A DNA stretch of 64,000 bases from Macrostomum hystrix (Eukaryota; Animalia; Platyhelminthes). Each line of letters opens with the position of its first letter. The stretch's first letter is position 1. Location: contig CATNEN010000001.1 of NCBI GenBank assembly GCA_950097015.1, positions 20,708,001 to 20,772,000 of the forward strand. Direction: 5' to 3'. The notes beneath the pieces were generated by a model. The model saw only the letters and a program-made list of their open reading frames with translations, was not told the origin of the DNA and did no database searches. Below are positions 13,706 to 28,245 of the stretch, one piece after another. The translations under genes were made by a program, and so were the position numbers.

Positions 13706-14112
13706 GATCGTTTATCTTAAGTTAAAATTTAGATTTACATTTTAAGTTCAGGGCTTTCTTTGAAAACGTCATTTTTCCTTAGTAATTTATCAGAACCCGA
13801 TTTTGTAGACATAAGGCATTTTCTATACTTTTCCGTTGCTCATATTCCCTCATCCGATTGTGTCTGATGCACCTTTATAACCAATTAAATCAGTTTTCAT
13901 GACAGTCTCGATGACATGTCTGGAACGGATTTCGCTGACAGGAAAGTGAAGACATATATTGCACCAACTGAACTGTCTTTTCAGCTCCTGAATTCGCTCT
14001 TCAGGAAAGAGACGAAGGAAAGTATTTTAATGATTTCGACTTTGATGCTAAATTCGCTTCTTTGAAAGGATTAAAATGTGACAGAACTAACAAGAAAGTA
14101 CCTGATTGATTA

Positions 14113-15530
14113 TTTCTCACCTTACCCTACCCTATCCTTCTCACCTTACCCTCCCCTATCCTTCTCGCCTTCCCCTACCCTATCCTTCTCGCCTTCCCCT
14201 ACCCTATCCTTCTCGCCTTACCCTACCCTATCCTTCTCGCCTTCCCCTACCCTATCCTTCTCGCCTTAACCTCCCTATCCTTCTCGCCTTCCCCTACCCT
14301 ATCCTTCTCGCCTTAACCTCCCCTATCCTTCTCACCTTACCCTCCCCTATCCTTCTCGCCTTCCCCTACCCTATCCTTCTCGCCTTCCCCTACCCTATCC
14401 TTCTCGCCTTAACCTCCCTATCCTTCTCGCCTTCCCCTACCCTATCCTTCTCGCCTTACCCTACCCTATCCTTCTCCCCTTCCCCTACCCTATCCTTCTC
14501 GCCTTACCCTACCCTATCCTTCTCACCTTACCCTACCCTATCCTTCTCACCTTACCCTACCCTATCCTTCTCCCCTTCCCCTACCCTATCCTTCTCCCCT
14601 TCCCCTACCCTATCCTTCTCACCTTACCCTACCCTATCCTTCTCGCCTTAACCTCCCTATCCTTCTCGCCTTCCCCTACCCTATCCTTCTCGCCTTAACC
14701 TCCCTATCCTTCTCGCCTTCCCCTACCCTATCCTTCTCGCCTTACCCTACCCTATCCTTCTCCCCTTCCCCTACCCTATCCTTCTCGCCTTACCCTACCC
14801 TATCCTTCTCACCTTACCCTACCCTATCCTTCTCCCCTTCCCCTACCCTATCCTTCTCCCCTTCCCCTACCCTATCCTTCTCGCCTTACCCTACCCTATC
14901 CTTCTCACCTTACCCTACCCTATCCTTCTCGCCTTAACCTCCCTATCCTTCTCGCCTTCCCCTACCCTATCCTTCTCGCCTTAACCTCCCTATCCTTCTC
15001 GCCTTACCCTACCCTATCCTTCTCGCCTTACCCTACCCTATCCTTCTCGCCTTACCCTACCCTATCCTTCTCCCCTTCCCCTCCCCTATCCTTCTCACCA
15101 AACCCTACCCTATCCTTCTCCCCTTCCCCTACCCTATCCTTCTCGCCTTACCCTACCCTATCCTTCTCGCCTTACCCTACCCTATCCTTCTCGACTTCCC
15201 CTACCCTATCCTTCTCACCATACCCTACCCTATCCTTCTCACCATACCCTACCCTATCCTTCTCGCCTTACCCTACCCTATCCTTCTCATCATACCCTAC
15301 CCTTTCCTTCTCACCATAATCTACCCTATCCTTCTCACCTTACCCTCCCCTATCCTTCTCATCATACCCTACCCTTTCCTTCTCACCATAACCTACCCTA
15401 TCCTTCTCACCTTACCCTCCCCTAGCCTTCTCGCCTTCCCCTACCCTATCCTTCTCACCTTACCCTCCCCTATCCTTCTTACCTTACCCTCCCCTATCCT
15501 TCTCACCTTACCCTACCCTATGCTTCTCAA
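14113..15530. repeat. 24/23-bp minisatellite (CCCTACCCTATCCTTCTCGCCTTA)n
   Basis: Tandem periodicity; G-run-rich minus strand. Confidence 0.94.
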
Positions 15531-15877
15531 TTTGCCCTCTTTCGTGATCTACTGTATATTTCACTATTCGTTTCATCAGCCGTAATATTTAAGCATGTCA
15601 AAGGCAAAAATTGGCATGAATGTTTTAAACAGGCTTATACGATCCGAGTAGCTTCAGTGAGATTTATCCCCATTTCCTGTTGGACAAGACTTCCTATTGG
15701 ACAAGGGGACCTGGCTTGAGCCAAGGGCATAAATATAGTTGCTAGGAGACTGTAGCAATCCAACTGCTTAGCAGAAGGACCTCCCAATCACCTGTTTTAC
15801 CTGGGCCAAATTGCATATTGCCGCAGGATACCAATAATAAAGCACTGGAGGGTACAAACCAAAAACAACTAGTTGTG

Positions 15878-17309
15878 ATGGAAGTGTTTACTATTGCTGT
15901 TGACACTCAGGTAAGCGGAAGATATGGCTTGTGCCTACGGGAACTTTTTATGTTGCTCCAACTGTAGCTAATGGAGTAGTTAATTGGAGAAATCAGCTAG
16001 TTCAGTGGCTGGTTCAGTGGCTAGTTCAGTGGCCAGTTCAGTGGCTGGTTCAGTGGCCAGTTCAGTGGCTAGTTCAGCATTCGCAAGTCCCTTCTAACTG
16101 CGCCACAAAACCTTCGCAGTGGGTTAACGCCACAGACGAAGCCATCTTAACGTCTATCGAGACCGAGCGGTCCAGCCTGTGGAAGCTCAGCGTCACGGAC
16201 TGGGTTGAAACCGCCGTCTACACCCTGGTAATGGCATTCTCGTTGCTAGGCAACGGCTTTGTCCTTGGCGTCACTGCCTGGTACCCCAGTCTGAGGCGGC
16301 GGGTGCCGGGTCTCATGCTCAATCTGGCGGCCTCCAGCCTGCTCGTGAGCTCCGTGTGCATCCCGCTGAAGCTGTCACTCATCGTGAACAAGGCCTGGCT
16401 GTTTGGCAATGTGGGCTGCAAACTGTCAGTGTTCTGCCACGGTGAGCTGGGCACCACGGCCTTCCCTGTCCCTTCTCCGTCTTCCCTGTCCCATTGTCAA
16501 TTAAGCTTCATCAAGCATTTTTCGCACCGTCCACAGCTTTCGCCCTGCTGCTGAACACCTGCTCTCTGGTTGCCATGGCAATCAGCCGCTCCCGGGCAAG
16601 CCACCTCGGCATGTCCGGTAGCCGCTCGGTGACCGCCTGTTGGGCAGCAGCGGCGACATTCTCCAGCCCGATGCTGCTCATCTACTCGCTGCGCACCGTC
16701 TCGATGAAGCGCCCAGCCTCCGAGGCGTTGAACCTCACGGAGGCGACCTTCAACACGCCATACGCGCACTGCGTGGAGGTCTGGCTCAACCAGGCCATGC
16801 AGAAGTACATCTCGCTGGCATTTCTGGCTGCCACGGGCCTGCTGCCACTGACTGCCATCTGCGTCAGCTACGGGCTGGTTGCCAGGCGAATCGGCAAGCT
16901 CAGCCCGCCGGCCGCTCTGCCCCTCATGCCCATCGGGGTCGGGGCCGACGCCAGCCGGCAGGTTCAGAATGAGGCCGCTGCGGCAGAGTTCGCCGCCGCC
17001 GCTGACCGACGCAATCGGGCCCTGCGCACCGTGGCAGTTCTGGTTGGCTGCTTCACCGTCTGCTGGCTGCCCAAGGAGCTGCTGCTGGTGCTGGCCGACT
17101 TCCTGCTACCCAGTAGGCCGGCAACAGCCAGCAAGCTGCTGAAGCTGGCACCTTACTGCAGCCTGCTTGTCTACCTGCACGCTGCGGCGTCTGGCGGTCT
17201 GTACTGCTGCCTGAACACTGCCTTCCGAGCCCGGCTGCGGCGCCTGTTCTGCCAGACCAGGCAGCGACGAAGGCTGACTCGAGACCGAGTTGAACGGAGC
17301 GTGGACTGA
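15878..17309 (+). CDS. Class A (rhodopsin-like) GPCR, neuropeptide-receptor-like, with divergent activation motifs
   Basis: Exons 15878-15910 (MEVFTIAVDTQ, donor GTAAGC), 16120-16441 and 16537-17309 splice in frame. Seven hydrophobic segments: TM1 LLGN, TM2 LNLAASSLL, ECL1 WLFGNVGCK, ECL2 HCVEVW, TM5 LPL..CVSY, TM6 FTVCWLP, helix 8 LNTAFR. Confidence 0.9.
15997..16077. repeat. 12-bp short tandem repeat (CTAGTTCAGTGG)n in GPCR intron 1
   Basis: About 7 imperfect units. Confidence 0.85.
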
Positions 17310-17935
17310 GGTTCTTGGAGTGTGGACTGAGGTTCTTGGAGTGTGGACTGAGGTTCTTGGAGTATGGACTGAGGTTCTTGGAGTGCGGACTGAGGTTCTT
17401 GGAGTGTGGACTGAGGTTCTTAGAGTATGGACTGAGGCTATTGGAGTGTGGACTGAGGTTCTTGGAGTGTGGACTGAGGTTCTTGGAGTATGGACTGAGG
17501 CTATTGGAGTGTGGACTGAGGTTCTTGGAGTGTGGACTGAGGTTCTTGGAGTATGGACTGAGGTTCTTGGAGTGCGGACTGAGGTTCTTGGAGTGTGGAC
17601 TGAGGTTCTTAGAGTATGGACTGAGGCTATTGGAGTGTGGACTGAGGTTCTTGGAGTGTGGACTGAGGTTCTTGGAGTATGGACTGAGGCTATTGGAGTG
17701 TGGACTGAGGTTCTTGGAGTGTGGACTGAGGTTCTTGGAGTTATGGACTGAGGTTCTTGGAGTTATGGACTGAGGTTCTTGGAGTGTGGACTGAGGCTAT
17801 TGGAGTATGGACTGAGGCTATTGGAGTTATGGACTGAGGTTCTTGGAGTTATGGACTGAGGTTCTTGGAGTGTGGACTGAGGCTATTGGAGTGTGGACTG
17901 AGGTTCTTGGAGTGTGGACTGAGGTTCTTCGAGTA
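17296..17935. repeat. 21-bp minisatellite (GGAGTGTGGACTGAGGTTCTT)n overlapping the GPCR stop codon
   Basis: Tandem periodicity; the first unit contains the TGA stop. Confidence 0.95.
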
Positions 17936-18394
17936 TTGCGATGTCCTAATATTTTTTGCTACCTGTCAAATGTGCTTGTCGTTTACACCTGTGCTTCTGT
18001 GGCCTGTTTCATTTTCTGTTGATCATTTATTGTAAAAGGTAAAAGTATTATTATGTATAAAAATTGAATTTTTTTAAAATGCATTGTCACTTAAATTAGA
18101 TTGGCAATCAGCCAGCAATGTTGTCACTTGTCAGTTTTGGCATCAGGTTTTTGCTGTGCATATTTTTGTGCTGTTTCTTTGTTGATTGATAATTTATTGA
18201 CAAAACAAAACAAAATAAGACAATAATGGAACTCATTCTCTCATGTAGCTGGTGATTCTTCGAAGAGAAATATTTTCTTATGCACTGATAAAAATGACCG
18301 AGTTTTTTAACTTATGCCCACGTTTTTTTACTTTCATTTATTACACGACTGGAGTCATACTTTGCAGATATTCCTTGAGCACATGAGCATACTC

Positions 18395-19915
18395 GCATGT
18401 AGACTCGCATGATTGTGCTCATATAGACTCGTATGATTGTGCTCATATAGACTCACATGATCGTGCTCATATAGACTCGCATGATTGTGCTCACATAGAC
18501 TCGCATGATTGTGCTCATATAGACTCGCATGATTGTGCTCATTTAAACTCGCATGATTGTGCTCATATAGACTAGCCTGATTGTGCTCATATAGCTCGCA
18601 TGATTGTGCTCATATAGACTCGTATGATTGTGCTCATATAGACTCGTATGATTGTGCTCATATAGACTCGTATGATTGTGCTCATATAGACTCGTATGAT
18701 TGTGCTCATATAGACTCGTATGATTGTGCTCATATAGACTCGTATGATTGTGCTCATATAGACTCGTATGATTGTGCTCATATAGACTCGTATAATTGTG
18801 CTCATATAGACTCGTATGATTGTGCTCATGTGGACTCACATTATCGTGCTCATATAGACTCGCATGATTGTGCTCATATAGACTCGTATGATTGTGCTCA
18901 TATAGACTCGTATGATTGTGCTCATATGGACTCGTATGATTGTGCTCATATAGACTCGCATGATTGTGCTCATATAGACTCGTATGATTGTGCTCATATA
19001 GACTCGTATAATTGTGCTCATATAGACTCGTATGATTGTGCTCATGTGGACTCACATTATCGTGCTCATATAGACTCGCATGATTGTGCTCATATAGACT
19101 CGTATGATTGTGCTCATATAGACTCGTATGATTGTGCTCATATGGACTCGCATGATTGTGCTCATATAGACTCGCATGATTGTGCTCATATAGACTCGTA
19201 TGATTGTGCTCATATAGACTCGCATGATTGTGCTCACATAGACTCGTATGATTGTGCTCATATAGACTCGCATGATTGTGCTCATGTAGATTCGCATGAT
19301 TGTGCTCATATAGATTCGCATGATTGTGCTCATATAGACTCGCATGATTGTTCTCATATAGACTCGTATGATTGTGCTCATATAGACTCGTATGATTGTG
19401 CTCATATAGACTCGTATGATTGTGCTCATATAGACTCGCATGATTTTGCTCATATAGACTCGCATGATTGTGCTCATATAGACTCGCATGATTGTGCTCA
19501 TATAGACTCGCATGATTGTGCTCACATAGACTCGCATGATTGTGCTCACATAGACTCGCATGATTGTGCTCACATAGACTCGCATGATTGTGCTCATATA
19601 GACTAGCCTGATTGTGCTCATATAGACTCGTATGATTGTGCTCATATAGACTCACATGATTGTGCTCATATAGACTCGCATGATTGTGCTCATATAGACT
19701 CGCATGATTGTGCTCATATAGACACGCATGATTGTGCTCATATAGACTCGCATGATCGTGCTCATATAGACTCGCATGATTGTGCTCATATAGACTCGCA
19801 TGATTGTGCTCATATAGACTCGTATGATTGTGCAAATATAGACTCGCATAACTGTGCTCATGTAGACTCACATTATCGTGCTCATATAGACTCACATGAT
19901 TGTACTCATATAGAC
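18395..19915. repeat. 24-bp minisatellite (ATAGACTCGYATGATTGTGCTCAT)n
   Basis: Tandem periodicity of 24. Confidence 0.96.
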
Positions 19916-20365
19916 CCGAAGGGCACTGTGCTCACCTAGGCCTATTAATAATCGAAATTCTCATCTTTCATCCTGGCACATCTTTGAAGCATTTTCCCCA
20001 TTTCGTGATTAAAAAAGGGCTAGTTGGGTTGGCGTGAGAACACTTTCGAATTTCCATTTGTAAAGAGCCTCGCGTGGTGACGACTCGTATCAAAAAGGTG
20101 TTTGAGCAGGTGTATTTAGAGACCTTTGCCAAGCTGGGATTTGATCATCTGTCTCCGTGTACAGTTGTCGCTCCGACGAATATTAATCAGACCATATTGA
20201 AATCCCACACAAAGGCTTCTTTCAATTGTAGCTCGTACAATTAATGTCTGATGTGCCAATCCCACAGTCAGGAAGGGAACGTGAAATTGCGTGTTACAAT
20301 CGGAGGCCGATGTGCACTTTTATCACGGAATTTTAATTGTACGTGACTAGCAATATCCTAAGTGT

Positions 20366-22931
20366 ACTCAGTCACCTGTTAGACACTGTCCTCAGTCACC
20401 TGTTAGACACACTTTCCTCGGTCACCTGTTAGACACACTGTCCTCAGTCACCTGTTAGACACACTGTCCTCAGTCACCTGTTAGACACACTGTCCTCAGT
20501 CACCTGTTAGACACACTGTCCTCAGTCACCTATTAGACACTGTCCTCAGTCACCTGTTAGACACACTGTCCTCAGTCACCTGTTAGACACACTGTCCTCA
20601 GTCACCTGTTAGACACTGTCCTCAGTCACCTGTTAGACACTGTCCTCAGTCACCTGTTAGACACACTGTCCTCAGTCACCTGTTAGACGCACTGTCCTAA
20701 GTCACCTGTTAGACACACTGTCCTCAGTCACCTGTTAGACACTGTCCTCAGTCACCTGTTAGACACACTGTCCTCAGTCACCTGTTAGACACTGTCCTCA
20801 GTCACCTGTTAGACACTGTCCTCAGTCACCTGTTAGACACTGTCCTCAGTCACCTGTTAGACACACCGTCCTCAGTCACCTGTTAGACACACTGTTCTCA
20901 GTCACCTGTTAGACACTGTCCTCAGTCACCTGTTAGACACTGTCCTCAGTCACCTGTTAGACACTGTCCTCAGTCACCTGTTAGACACTGTCCTCAGTCA
21001 CCTGTTAGACACAATTTCCTCAGTCACCTGTTAGACACACTGTCATCAGTCACCTGTTAGACACACTGTCCTCAGTCACCTGTTAGACACACTGTCCTCA
21101 GTCACCTGTTAGACACACTGTCCTCAGTCACATGTTAGACACACTGTCCTCAGTCACCTGTTAGACACAATTTCCTCAGTCACCTGTTAGACACACTGTC
21201 ATCAGTCACCTGTTAGACACACTGTCCTCAGTCACCTGTTAGACACACTGTCCTCAGTCACCTGTTAGACACACTGTCCTCAGTCACATGTTAGACACAC
21301 TGTCCTCAGTCACATGTTAGACACACTGTCCTCAGTCACCTGTTAGACACACTGTCCTCAGTCACCTGTTAGACACACTGTCCTCAGTCACCTGTTAGAC
21401 ACTGTCCTCAGTCACCTGTTAGACACACTGTCCTCAGTCACCTGTTAGACACACTGTCCTCAGTCACCTGTTAGGCACACTGTCCTCAGTCACCTGTTAG
21501 ACACACTGTCCTCAGTCACCTGTTAGACACACTGTCCTCAGTCACCTGTTAGACACACTGTCCTCAGTCAGCTGTTAGGCACACTGTCCTCAGTCACCTG
21601 TTAGACGCACTGTCCTCAGTCACCTGTTAGACACACTGTCCTCAGTCACCTGTTAGACACACTGTCCTCAGTCACCTGTTAGGCACACTGCCCTCAGTCA
21701 CCTGTTAGACACACTGTCCTCAGTCACCTGTTAGACACTGTCCTCAGTCACCTGTTAGACACTGTCCTCAGTCACCTGTTAGACACTGTCCTCAGTCACC
21801 TGTTAGACACACCGTCCTCAGTCACCTGTTAGACACACTGTTCTCAGTCACCTGTTAGACACTGTCCTCAGTCACCTGTTAGACACTGTCCTCAGTCACC
21901 TGTTAGACACTGTCCTCAGTCACCTGTTAGACACTGTCCTCAGTCACCTGTTAGACACAATTTCCTCAGTCACCTGTTAGACACACTGTCATCAGTCACC
22001 TGTTAGACACACTGTCCTCAGTCACCTGTTAGACACACTGTCCTCAGTCACCTGTTAGACACACTGTCCTCAGTCACATGTTAGACACACTGTCCTCAGT
22101 CACCTGTTAGACACAATTTCCTCAGTCACCTGTTAGACACACTGTCATCAGTCACCTGTTAGACACACTGTCCTCAGTCACCTGTTAGACACACTGTCCT
22201 CAGTCACCTTTTAGACACACTGTCCTCAGTCACCTGTTAGGCACACTGTCCTCAGTCACCTGTTAGACACACTGTCCTCAGTCACCTGTTAGACACACTG
22301 TCCTCAGTCACCTGTTAGACACACTGTCCTCAGTCAGCTGTTAGGCACACTGTCCTCAGTCACCTGTTAGACGCACTGTCCTCAGTCACCTGTTAGACAC
22401 ACTGTCCTCAGTCACCTGTTAGACACACTGTCCTCAGTCACCTGTTAGGCACACTGCCCTCAGTCACCTGTTAGACACACTGTCCTCAGTCACCTGTTAG
22501 ACACTGTCCTCAGTCACCTGTTAGACACACTGTCCTCAGTCACCTGTTAGACACACTGTCCTCAGTCACCTGTTAGACACACTGTCCTCAGTCACCTGTT
22601 AGACACACTGTCCTCAGTCACCTGTTAGACACTGTCCTCAGTCACCTGTTAGACACTGTCCTCAGTCACCTGTTAGACACACTGTCCTCAGTCACCTGTT
22701 AGACACACTGTCCTCAGTCACCTGTTAGACACACTGTCCTCAGTCACCTGTTAGACACACTGTCCTCAGTCACCTGTTAGACACTGTCCTCAGTCACCTG
22801 TTAGACACACTGTCCTCAGTCACCTGTTAGACACACTGTCCTCAGTCACCTGTTAGACACACTGTCCTCAGTCACCTGTTAGACACACTGTCCTCAGTCA
22901 CCTGTTAGACGCACTGTCCTCAGTCACCTGC
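20366..22931. repeat. 26/24-bp minisatellite (CTCAGTCACCTGTTAGACACACTGTC)n
   Basis: Tandem units differing by one AC dinucleotide; internal higher-order duplications. Confidence 0.96.
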
Positions 22932-23347
22932 AGTTCATTCCTTATCCCTTGTTTCTGAAAGACATACTTCCTAATTTGCCTAACAGTTTTCAAGTTGAGC
23001 TGGTGTGTCACGAAGGCCCTATTATCTGCCTTGCAAGTGTGCTTTGAAGTTAAAAGCTAATTAATTGGAATCACACCTCCGTTTTTATCTAATCATTTAA
23101 ATTGAGCTCCGTTATTTTCCCAGAAAATTCATTTCGCAGGCGTAGGCGGGAGGATTTGAGCTGATGCCGGGTTTCACAGAGCAAAATATGGGCAACTTAG
23201 AATAACAATTTCCAACTGGCTAATGGCTTAGGAAAACTAAATTCTTCTTTCCAAGAAACAGATCAATTTCAAGCCGAAATCTATTTTTTATTTATCAAAC
23301 TGAACCTGGTTTTAACCAAATTTTCACCTTCAAGGGGCCAACCTTCA

Positions 23348-23425
23348 AGGTACAGAGAGGGTGTACACTGCCTGACGATGAGAAAGTCAGTGCAGATGTA
23401 CACACCTGTGTGAGTGTGTGCTCAC
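23348..23425 (+). mobile_element. SINE family A internal fragment
   Basis: GTGTACACTGCCTGACGATGAGAAAGTCAGTGCAGATGTACACACCTGTGTGAGTGTG core. Confidence 0.8.
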
Positions 23426-23717
23426 ATGTGATTGGGGCCCTGGGAGTTCCTCAAGAAGAAGCATCGCTAATCTCAGGATTAGCTAGCTTTAAGTAGGAGA
23501 GCCGCCAGAGGGCAGTTTATTCAACAGAATGGCTTCTCAATTACATCAAAGATTTGAAATTGAAAACTAATTAAATAATTTTTCTACATCTACTGCTCAA
23601 ATTACTATTGCACTAGCATAACTTCACTGACTGCACGCGCAATGTGGGAAAGCGCTTATGATTACTCAGCATATCACCATGGAAACAACCCGACAATAAC
23701 AAATCATGAATCACAAT

Positions 23718-26700
23718 TTAAACTACCACACAAATCCCACTGTAAACTACCCCACAAATCCCACTGTAAAATACCCCACAAATCACACTGTAAACTACCC
23801 CACAAATCACACTGTAAACTACCCCACAAATCCCACTGTAAAATACCCCAAAAATCACACTGTAAACTAACCCACAAATCCCACTGTAAACTACCCCACA
23901 AATCCCACTGTAAACTAACCCACAAATCACACTGTAAACTACCCCACAAATCCCACTGTAAACTACCCCACAAATCCCACTGTAAAATACCCCAAAAATC
24001 ACACTGTAAACTACCCCACAAATCACACTGTAAACTAACCCACAAATCACACTGTAAACTACCCCACAAATCACACTGTAAACTACCCCACAAATCCCAC
24101 TGTAAAATACCCCAAAAATCACACTGTAAACTAACCCACAAATCCCACTGTAAACTACCCCACAAATCCCACTGTAAACTAACCCACAAATCACACTGTA
24201 AACTACCCCACAAATCCCACTGTAAACTACCCCACAAATCCCACTGTAAAATACCCCAAAAATCACACTGTAAACTACCCCAAAAATCACACTGTAAACT
24301 AACCCACAAATCACACTGTAAACTACCCCACAAATCACACTGTAAACTACCCCACAAATCACACTGTAAACTATCCCACAAATCACACTGTAAACTATCC
24401 CACAAATCACACTGTAAACTATCCCACAAATCACACTGTAAACTACCCCACAAATCACACTGTAAACTACCTCACAAATCACACTGTAAACTATCCCACA
24501 AATCACACTGTAAACTACCACACAAATCACACTGTAAACTACCCCACAAATCACACTGTAAACTACCTCACAAATCACACTGTAAACTACCTCACAAATC
24601 ACACTGTAAACTATCCCACAAATCACACTGTAAACTACCCCACAAATCACACTGTAAACTACCCCAAAAATCACACTGTAAACTATCCCACAAATCCCAC
24701 TGTAAACTAACCCACAAATCCCACTGTAAACTATCCCAAAAATCACACTGTAAACTACCTCACAAATCACACTGTAAACTACCTCACAAATCACACTGTA
24801 AACTACCCCACAAATCCCACTGTAAACTAACCCGTACAAATCACACTGTAAACTATCCCACAAATCCCACTGTAAACTAACCCACAAATCACACTGTAAA
24901 CTACCCCACAAATCACACTGTAAACTACCTCACAAATCACACTGTAAACTACCTCACAAATCACACTGTAAACTATCCCACAAATCACACTGTAAACTAC
25001 CTCACAAATCACACTGTAAACTATCCCACAAATCACACTGTAAACTACCCCACAAATCACACTGTAAACTACCCCACAAATCACACTGTAAACTACCTCA
25101 CAAATCACACTTTAAACTACCCCACAAATCACACTGTAAACTAACCCACAAATCACACTGTAAACTACCCCACAAATCACACTGTAAACTATCCCACAAA
25201 TCACACTGTAAACTACCTCACAAATCACACTGTAAACTACCCCACAAATCACACTGTAAACTACCCCACAAATCACACTGTAAACTACCCCACAAATCAC
25301 ACTGTAAACTATCCCACAAATCACACTGTAAACTATCCCACAAATCACACTGTAAACTACCCCACAAATCACACTGTAAACTATCCCACAAATCACACTG
25401 TAAACTACCTCACAAATCACACTTTAAACTACCCCACAAATCACACTGTAAACTAACCCACAAATCACACTGTAAACTACCCCACAAATCACACTGTAAA
25501 CTATCCCACAAATCACACTGTAAACTATCCTACAAATCCCACTGTAAACTACCACACAAATCCCACTGTAAAATACCCCACAAATCACACTGTAAACTAC
25601 CTCACAAATCACACTGTAAACTATCCCACAAATCACACTGTAAACTACCACACAAATCACACTGTAAACTACCCCACAAATCACACTGTAAACTACCCCA
25701 CAAATCACACTGTAAACTATCCCACAAATCACACTGTAAACTATCCCACAAATCACACTGTAAACTACCCCACAAATCACACTGTAAACTATCCCACAAA
25801 TCACACTGTAAACTACCTCACAAATCACACTTTAAACTACCCCACAAATCACACTGTAAACTAACCCACAAATCACACTGTAAACTACCCCACAAATCAC
25901 ACTGTAAACTATCCCACAAATCACACTGTAAACTACCTCACAAATCACACTGTAAACTACCCCACAAATCACACTGTAAACTACCCCACAAATCACACTG
26001 TAAACTACCCCACAAATCACACTGTAAACTATCCCACAAATCACACTGTAAACTATCCCACAAATCACACTGTAAACTACCCCACAAATCACACTGTAAA
26101 CTACCCCACAAATCACACTGTAAACTACCCCACAAATCACACTGTATACTACCCCACAAATCACACTGTAAACTACCTCACAAATCACACTGTAAACTAC
26201 CCCACAAATTACACTGTAAACTATCCTACAAATCACACTGTAAACTACCTCACAAATCACACTGTAAACTATCCCACAAATCACACTGTAAACTACCTCA
26301 CAAATCACACTGTAAACTACCCCACAAATCCCACTGTAAACTATCCCACAAATCACACTGTAAACTACCCCACAAATCACACTGTAAACTATCCCACAAA
26401 TCACACTGTAAACTATCCCACAAATCACACTGTAAACTATCCCACAAATCACACTGTAAACTATCCCACAAATCACACTGTAAACTACCTCCCAAATCAC
26501 ACTGTAAACTACCCCACAAATCACACTGTAAACTACCTCACAAATCACACTGTAAACTATCCCACAAATCACACTGTAAACTACCCCACAAATCACACTG
26601 TAAACTACCCCAAAAATCACACTGTAAACTATCCCACAAATCACACTGTAAACTATCCCACAAATCACACTGTAAACTACCCCACAAATCACACTGTAAA

Positions 26701-27290
26701 CTACCCCACAAATCACACTGTAAACTACCCCACAAATCACACTGTAAACTACCCCACAAATCACACTGTATACTACCCCACAAATCACACTGTAAACTAC
26801 CTCACAAATCACACTGTAAACTACCCCACAAATTACACTGTAAACTATCCTACAAATCACACTGTAAACTACCCCACAAATCACACTGTAAACTATCCCA
26901 CAAATCACACTGTAAACTACCTCACAAATCACACTGTAAACTACCCCACAAATCACACTGTAAACTATCCCACAAATCACACTGTAAACTATCCCACAAA
27001 TCACACTGTAAACTACCCCACAAATCACACTGTAAACTATCCCACAAATCACACTGTAAACTATCCCACAAATCACACTGTAAACTATCCCACAAATCAC
27101 ACTGTAAACTATCCTACAAATCACACTGTAAACTACCTCCCAAATCACACTGTAAACTACCCCACAAATCACACTGTAAACTATCCCACAAATCACACTG
27201 TAAACTACCTCACAAATCACACTTTAAACTACCCCACAAATCACACTGTAAACTATCCCACAAATCACACTGTAAACTACCCCACAAATA
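23718..27290. repeat. 24-bp minisatellite (CACAAATCACACTGTAAACTACCC)n
   Basis: About 150 tandem units with variant interspersion. Confidence 0.97.
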
Positions 27291-28123
27291 TTATACTGTA
27301 ATCCACGAGCGTACAGGACACTCAGCTAAACTTTCTCAGGCACGCCTAGTTACGCATGACACAAATAGTCTAGCGCTAATCCCAATTAAATATCGGAATG
27401 ATTGCTTCACTTAACAAGATTATCAAAGTTGCGAGAAGACACAGAGGGAATAAAGTGTCTAGCCTTCCTATTTTTTACCGAAGCAGTTTTGGCCCACCAA
27501 AGGACTGAAAGGACTCATAGAATATTGACCTAATTAACAGCGAACTATTATATTTAGTTGCCAGTCACTAATTTGCTACTAGTGAGTAGTTAATGGCCCA
27601 GTTAGAAGCTTTAACACCCACGCGTTTTGTCACTTGTTTGTCAGAAATTTGCGGAAAAAACCCATTATGCTTCTTTTCCGACTCTGCTACAATGAGACTT
27701 CAAAGGAACTTGTTTCCCTAATCCAAGGTGCCTTTTAAAGCCTTTAATTAATAACTAATCACTAATAACTAATTAATAAATTAATCACCACAGGTAAAGG
27801 TAGAAAAAAAGTATATTTAGTAATGTTTGGACAGGTCAGACATGCCTAAAAAAGGCAGGAAAGCCATGACAGATTTCTGCTTTTGAATCAAGTACTCGAA
27901 AATTGAGAATCAAATATGCCTTTGATCCAAGGTTCGATTCTAGAAGTAAAAAAAGTCTCGTGCTGGATCTGTAGGCACCCGCCCGCCATTCAGCTGATAA
28001 AATGAATTTTTCAGCATCAATGCACAGCGAATCACGCAATTCAGACCTCCAAGACACTTAAACTGTGCATTGCTTCAGTTCGCCCGGCTGTTAAATGGGT
28101 ACCAGCATCAGCTGGGGTACCCA

Positions 28124-28245
28124 TCTCGCATGATTGTACCCATATAGACTCACATGATCGTGCTCATATAGACTCACATGATCGTGCTCATATAGACTCA
28201 CATGATCGTGCTCATATAAACTCAAATTATCGTGCTCATATAGAC
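28124..28245. repeat. Short second array of the 24-bp family found at 18.4-19.9 kb
   Basis: ATAGACTCACATGATCGTGCTCAT, about 5 units. Confidence 0.85.

Noticed and set aside
14113-15530. Interstitial telomeric repeat
   Set aside because: CCCTA words occur, but the unit is a 24-mer and not (CCCTAA)n.
7267-27220. Long repetitive ORFs (e.g. 9453-10670, 11040-12773, 18543-19895, 23642-24880, 25832-27220)
   Set aside because: They are translations of minisatellites, open in several frames or on both strands, with frameshifting unit variants and no splice or start context.
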